NCBI GenBank assembly: GCA_049512075.1
Contig: JBEKXL010000004.1
Location: 1 to 64,000 of the forward strand
Source of the DNA: Candidatus Bathyarchaeia archaeon
Lineage (GTDB): Archaea > Thermoproteota > Bathyarchaeia > Bathyarchaeales > Bathycorpusculaceae
Direction: 5' to 3'
DNA length: 64,000 nucleotides
Positions 59,381 through 64,000 of the stretch are shown here, piece by piece. The notes under the pieces are model-generated. The model worked only from the letters and a program-made list of their open reading frames with translations. It did not search any database and had not been told where the DNA came from. Each line of letters opens with the position of its first letter. The stretch's first letter is position 1. A program made the translations under genes and the position numbers.

Positions 59381-60631
59381 TTGAGAATCGGCTTCTTCGT
59401 GTGGGAGTATCCGCCTAGGCTCGTTGGCGGTCTAGGGACATATGCTCAGTACATAACGCGTGAGTACGTTCAGCTTGGACACGACGTCTCAGTCTTCACG
59501 CTTAATTCGGGTGACTTGAAGACAACTGAGATTCTGGAGGGCGTGGACGTCCAACGGCCGTTGATTGCGGATGCAAGTAATGTTTTTCCGATGTTCGTGG
59601 TGGACGATTTGAAAAGGTGGGGGACTAACATACGGTTTTTCAACGACATATTCATCTACAACATTCTGAGCTCGACGAAGTTCTTGAACGAGCTTGTGAG
59701 GAAGAAGGGCTATCACTTCGATGTGGTGTGCGTTCACGACTGGCTGAGCTGTATTTCAGGGTTGATAACGAAGAATGAGACCAAGATACCTGTGGTTTTC
59801 CACGTTCACAGTACTGAGTGGGGCAGGAGCGGGGGACATGGCTCCGAGGTTGTCTCGCATCTTGAAGAGGCAGCGGCTCAGAATGCGGACAGAATAATAA
59901 CGGTAAGTAATGCGATGCAGGACGATTTGACAAGACATGGCTGGCCTCAGTCAAAGATAAGTGTAGTGTGGAATGGCGTGGACCCTGACCAGTATGATCC
60001 GAAGGAGTGCAGAAATGAAGATGTGCAGCAGTTCAGGCAAGAGTGCGGAATCCCGGCGGACTGGAACATGGTTCTTTTTCTTGGAAGGCTGACGTGGGTG
60101 AAAAGCGTCAAGAACCTCGTTCAAGCAATGCCCATGGTTTTCGAGGAGTTTCCAAAGACGAAACTGGTGATTCTGGGCAAGGGTGAAGAGCAGAGTGACA
60201 TCATCGAAACGTCGAACAGGCTTGGAATAAGAGACAACGTCGTTTACCGTTTTGACTTCGTCCCAGAGGATGAGAGGATATTGTACTATGCCGCGTCAGA
60301 CGTGTGTGTATTCCCCTCAGTCTACGAACCCTTCGGCATAGTAAGCTTGGAAGCAATGTCCCTGGCAAAACCCGTTGTCGTCGGCGCTCGAGGAGTGGTC
60401 GGCTTCCGCGAGCAAGTCATTAACTCAGGCCCATATCAAAACGGAGTCCACGTTAACGGGGAGGACCCCGCGGACATAGCATGGGGAATCAAAGAAGTGC
60501 TTAGAGACCCAAAAAGGGCAAGGCTCTGGGGCCAAAACGGCCGAAAACGGGTTCTGAACTATTTCACATGGAAAAAAGTTGCTGAACAGACGTTAGAAGT
60601 ATATGGCGCACTTGCTCAAAAAGGAAGCTAG
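59381..60631 (+). CDS. GT4 glycosyltransferase (glycogen synthase-like)
   Basis: WEYPP..VGGLG, HDW, HSTE.GR, PS.YEPFGIV.LEAM. Confidence 0.9.
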   Translation: MRIGFFVWEYPPRLVGGLGTYAQYITREYVQLGHDVSVFTLNSGDLKTTEILEGVDVQRPLIADASNVFPMFVVDDLKRWGTNIRFFNDIFIYNILSSTKFLNELVRKKGYHFDVVCVHDWLSCISGLITKNETKIPVVFHVHSTEWGRSGGHGSEVVSHLEEAAAQNADRIITVSNAMQDDLTRHGWPQSKISVVWNGVDPDQYDPKECRNEDVQQFRQECGIPADWNMVLFLGRLTWVKSVKNLVQAMPMVFEEFPKTKLVILGKGEEQSDIIETSNRLGIRDNVVYRFDFVPEDERILYYAASDVCVFPSVYEPFGIVSLEAMSLAKPVVVGARGVVGFREQVINSGPYQNGVHVNGEDPADIAWGIKEVLRDPKRARLWGQNGRKRVLNYFTWKKVAEQTLEVYGALAQKGS

Positions 60632-60666
60632 ACCCAAAGACTGCTATCTTACTAACGCGCTGCTCT

Positions 60667-61269
60667 TCACCTGGAAAACCTATCGTTCTTCCAGACGTCT
60701 GCCGAGTCGCTGTATCCTCTTTTTTCCCAGAAGCCAGCTTCTTTTTTCACGGTGAATCTTATCCGCGTCACCCACAAAGCGCTCTTGTACCCATACTTGC
60801 CAGGAACAACAAGCCGCAGAGGGAAACCATAGCCTTCTTCCAGGGGCTTTCCGTCAAGTCCATACGCCAAAAGTACGTCGTCACCTGAAAGCTCCGGCAG
60901 AGAAAGCGAGGTTGGGTAACCGTCTGCACATTCAAACGTGACAAACCTTGCGCTTTCTTTAGGCCCGACCAGACTGGCTATATCTCCGAAACGAATGCCC
61001 TCCCACTTGCAGTTGAGAACACTCCATCCTTCAACGCAGTGAAAATCACTAACAGACTGGACTCTGGGAAGTTGGGCAATTTCATTCCAACTGAGCTTCA
61101 ACGGTTTTTCAACTTCACCATCTATAGTCAGAGTATATGTTTTCAAGTCGATTTTGGGGTTGGACCGTGTAATGCCGGGGTGATCTATTCCCCATCTTAG
61201 AAGCCTCTTGATTGGGGCTTGACCCGGCGGCAGACTGTCAAGGTGATTTCCTTTTTCGTCTGAAGTCAT
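60667..61269 (-). CDS. Sulfite oxidase-family molybdopterin-binding oxidoreductase
   Basis: DFHCVEGW, G.PLRLVVP..YGYKS..W, GFWE.RGY. Confidence 0.88.
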   Translation of the reverse strand: MTSDEKGNHLDSLPPGQAPIKRLLRWGIDHPGITRSNPKIDLKTYTLTIDGEVEKPLKLSWNEIAQLPRVQSVSDFHCVEGWSVLNCKWEGIRFGDIASLVGPKESARFVTFECADGYPTSLSLPELSGDDVLLAYGLDGKPLEEGYGFPLRLVVPGKYGYKSALWVTRIRFTVKKEAGFWEKRGYSDSADVWKNDRFSR

Positions 61270-61338
61270 GCTTGTTCAACAGGAAATGGGTTTACATTGA
61301 AAATAAAGGTTGCTGGAATCTCCGATAAAACAGTGGAG

Positions 61339-62448
61339 TCAGCCTTTGCTCTCTTTAATGAAACTCGTGAGTTGCCTTTGATTCTTCTGTTCCTTGGCAA
61401 AGTTTGAGATTTTGACCCCTATTCTGCGTGCCTCAGACCCTGTTTGATCTAAGAACTTCTCGAGCAGTTCCTTCACAGTTCCTTTCAAAGCTTCAAGGCT
61501 GTCTATGGGGTTTTCGAGGGTTTTTGATCTCGTGTGGATGCTCATGTCTGTTGTGATTACAATTATCCCGACAGTCTTGTACTCAAGCCTGTCCTTTGCG
61601 ATTGTGGCGTGTATTTCATTGCATAGTTGATCCGTTTTTTCCAGTATGAAGCTAAGCACACGAGAGTCATGTTTTAAGGTTGAGATTCTGCTGATTGACG
61701 TGGCCTCGCCTCTCTCTTGAACCGGTTCGTCGTCCATTCCTAGGGAGGCATTGTGGAAATACGTCGCCAGAGTCTTGCCGAAAACGGCGATTAGCTTCTG
61801 CATGTCATAGTTTGACAGGTCAAAGATTGTGTTAATCCCTAGCGCTTGCATTCTCTCTCTAGTTTTCGTTCCGACACCTATGAGTCGGCTCACGGGCAGC
61901 GGTGCTAGAAAGACTATGACCTGTTCGGGCGTGACGACGGTTAGGCCGTCGGGTTTTTTCGTGTCGGCCGCAATTTTTGCGACGAGTTTGTTAGGTGCCA
62001 CGCCGATTGAACACGCGAGTTTCTGTTGGCGTAGTACTTCGCTCTTAACGCTTTCAGCAAGCTTTCGGCCCTCTTCGAAACTTCCATTTGCTCTTTGGGT
62101 CACGTCAAGATAGGCTTCGTCTATCCCAACCTGTTCAAAACGGTCTGCGAAGCCTTTCAGGGTGTCCATCACTTTCCCGGAGATTTCCTCGTAAAAAGCA
62201 TAGTCCACAGGCAGGAAAAGTGCATTGGCACTCTCCAGTTTTTTCTTGGCCAGGAAAATGGGCATTCCTGATTTCACGCTGTACTCCCTGGCGATATAGT
62301 TCGCCGTACTTACAGCTCCGCTGTCTTCTGTTCGTCCGGAATAGACGCACACTACAACAGGCCTGCCTTTTATAGAGGGATTCCTGAGCTCCTCGCACTG
62401 GGCAAAGAAATAGTCCAAGTCCACAAGCATAACTACCCTTGACTGCAA
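61339..62448 (-). CDS. dinB: Y-family DNA polymerase IV
   Basis: DLDYFFAQ, NY.AR, IDEAYLD, SIG..NK..AK.A, KPDG. Confidence 0.94.
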   Translation of the reverse strand: MQSRVVMLVDLDYFFAQCEELRNPSIKGRPVVVCVYSGRTEDSGAVSTANYIAREYSVKSGMPIFLAKKKLESANALFLPVDYAFYEEISGKVMDTLKGFADRFEQVGIDEAYLDVTQRANGSFEEGRKLAESVKSEVLRQQKLACSIGVAPNKLVAKIAADTKKPDGLTVVTPEQVIVFLAPLPVSRLIGVGTKTRERMQALGINTIFDLSNYDMQKLIAVFGKTLATYFHNASLGMDDEPVQERGEATSISRISTLKHDSRVLSFILEKTDQLCNEIHATIAKDRLEYKTVGIIVITTDMSIHTRSKTLENPIDSLEALKGTVKELLEKFLDQTGSEARRIGVKISNFAKEQKNQRQLTSFIKESKG

Positions 62449-62785
62449 TGGCTGCCCCCTAATTGAAAATTCTTGCTGGACATTTACGTCTTCTGATGTG
62501 CCAACTCAGCGCACACACTTGACAGATGGCTTTCTGTGCGAGAAAGCCACAATGGGTTACCGTTTATTAGCCTCTAAGAACCACCTTTCTTTTCAATTCA
62601 TGGACACGGACTTACCCGTAAATCCTCTGTTTGCAGCGCACGCGCATTTGCGTTTTCAGTCAGCCACTCGGTATCGCTGAGCAGCAAACATCGAAACTTC
62701 AGGTCCAATATTTGTCCATCCGAGGTTGAAATAGTGCTTTAACGAAAGATAACTCTTTTCGCGCGCGCCTAAATCCGCGTGCCAA

Positions 62786-63202
62786 TCACGGTGTCGTTAC
62801 CTGTAGTGCTAGTTTCTCTCCGTTGCGATTATAGACTGCAACGTTTTTTTCATCGGTAAATGGGAAGCCTACGATCATGAGTATGGGTCCGAAAAAGTGG
62901 TTCAGATCGGCGTGGGAGGGTGTCAGATTGCCGGAAGGATGAGAATGTGCTGTTCCGACGATTGAGAAATCCATTGGTAACATGTGAAGCCGAATGTTGG
63001 CAAAGCCTCGCCCGTAGTTCGCAAGCGGAGGAACAAGGAGTTCCGTTATCGCGATGATGTCTTTCTTCTTCTCGCCTCTGAGCATTAGAATGGTTTCCTT
63101 GGGATAGAGGCTCTTGGCGCCCTCGAAAATCGTTTGTAGCAACTCCTGACTGATAGAGATGGCGCTGTATTTTGGCACAAACCCTTTGAAGCCTTCCCGC
63201 AC
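62786..63202 (-). CDS. JAMM/MPN+ domain metalloprotease
   Basis: YP.E and HSHPSG...PS..D. Confidence 0.88.
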   Translation of the reverse strand: MREGFKGFVPKYSAISISQELLQTIFEGAKSLYPKETILMLRGEKKKDIIAITELLVPPLANYGRGFANIRLHMLPMDFSIVGTAHSHPSGNLTPSHADLNHFFGPILMIVGFPFTDEKNVAVYNRNGEKLALQVTTP

Positions 63203-63418
63203 TTAAGTGCCTTTCGAAGCGTGCGCATCAAGACAATATCACATAATCCTTTTGTTTTTTGTGCGTTCCCTTGTTCTTCAGCTCTTGAAAGATTGCTCCA
63301 AAAATCGAATTAGAGGCGGGGTTGCATTATTGATTCTGCGACATTGCAAGACGGTCATCTCGGTCAAAAGCAATGCCAAACAGTAAAATAGTCAAAATCT
63401 CTGTCTAAGAACTGGAAG

Positions 63419-64000
63419 TTGAGGGAGAGAAGACTGAGAAGGATAAGAATAGCGTCTTTTGATCTGGATGGGACTCTTACGGACATTTCATTCGTGGATT
63501 CCGTGTGGTTAGAGGGAATTCCTCGTTTGTATGCCCTTAAGTACGGTCTTGCGTTTGAAGATGCTAAAAGTTTCGTGACGCGCGAATACGGCAAGGTTGG
63601 CAGGGAGAGGCTTGAGTGGTATGATTTGAGTTATTGGATTGGTAAACTCGGTTTGGATGTTTCTCCTGGAGAGATTTTGAGTTCTTTTCAACATAGAATA
63701 GGGGTTTTCCCTGAAGTGACTGAAGTCTTGGAGGAGTTTAGGAACGTGGGATTAAGGCTGATAATAGTGACGAATGCTCGCAGAGAATTCGCTGATTTGG
63801 AGCTTGAAAAGACAAAGATTGGGCGTTATTTTGAGCGGGTTTTTTCTGCAACCTCCGATTTTGGACTTATCAAGAAAACGCCTAACCTTTACAAAAAAGT
63901 ATGCAGCATCTGCGAGGTTTCCCCCCAAGAAATGATTCATGTGGGCGATGATCAGTGTTTCGATTTTGAGGTCCCAAACAAAATTGGAATAGAGGCCTTC
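63419..64000 (+). CDS. HAD-superfamily hydrolase (3' end outside window)
   Basis: FDLDGTL, VTNA, K.P, HVGD...D; absent from the ORF track because it has no stop in the window. Confidence 0.88.
   Translation, partial: MRERRLRRIRIASFDLDGTLTDISFVDSVWLEGIPRLYALKYGLAFEDAKSFVTREYGKVGRERLEWYDLSYWIGKLGLDVSPGEILSSFQHRIGVFPEVTEVLEEFRNVGLRLIIVTNARREFADLELEKTKIGRYFERVFSATSDFGLIKKTPNLYKKVCSICEVSPQEMIHVGDDQCFDFEVPNKIGIEAF

Overview
Archaeal chromosomal window, most likely Bathyarchaeia/TACK. This is inferred from GatDE, Elp3, RIO2, LSm, a CdvA-like protein, intron-containing tRNAs and a form III RuBisCO. About two thirds is housekeeping: a thiamine salvage operon with an archaeal TPP riboswitch, valS, nadX, an aconitase X pair, pyrH, gatDE, elp3, rps7/rps12, RuBisCO with R15P isomerase, and dinB. 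There are two accessory or decaying regions: 14.6-26.2 kb, between tRNA-Lys and tRNA-Tyr and ending in a 5'-truncated tyrosine integrase, and about 41.9-47.4 kb, with RHH/wHTH genes and pseudogenes. The strongest unexplained signal is a short (T)AGCGCGCGC(TA) motif. In long form I did not find it in core genes, but it sits repeatedly at the points where gene fragments, gene ends, a domain fusion and three copies of a ~150-190 bp iteron-like repeat are joined. A second candidate system is a HerA-like plus NurA-like pair without Mre11/Rad50, next to four apparently paralogous winged-helix proteins. All counts were made by eye and no searches were run.
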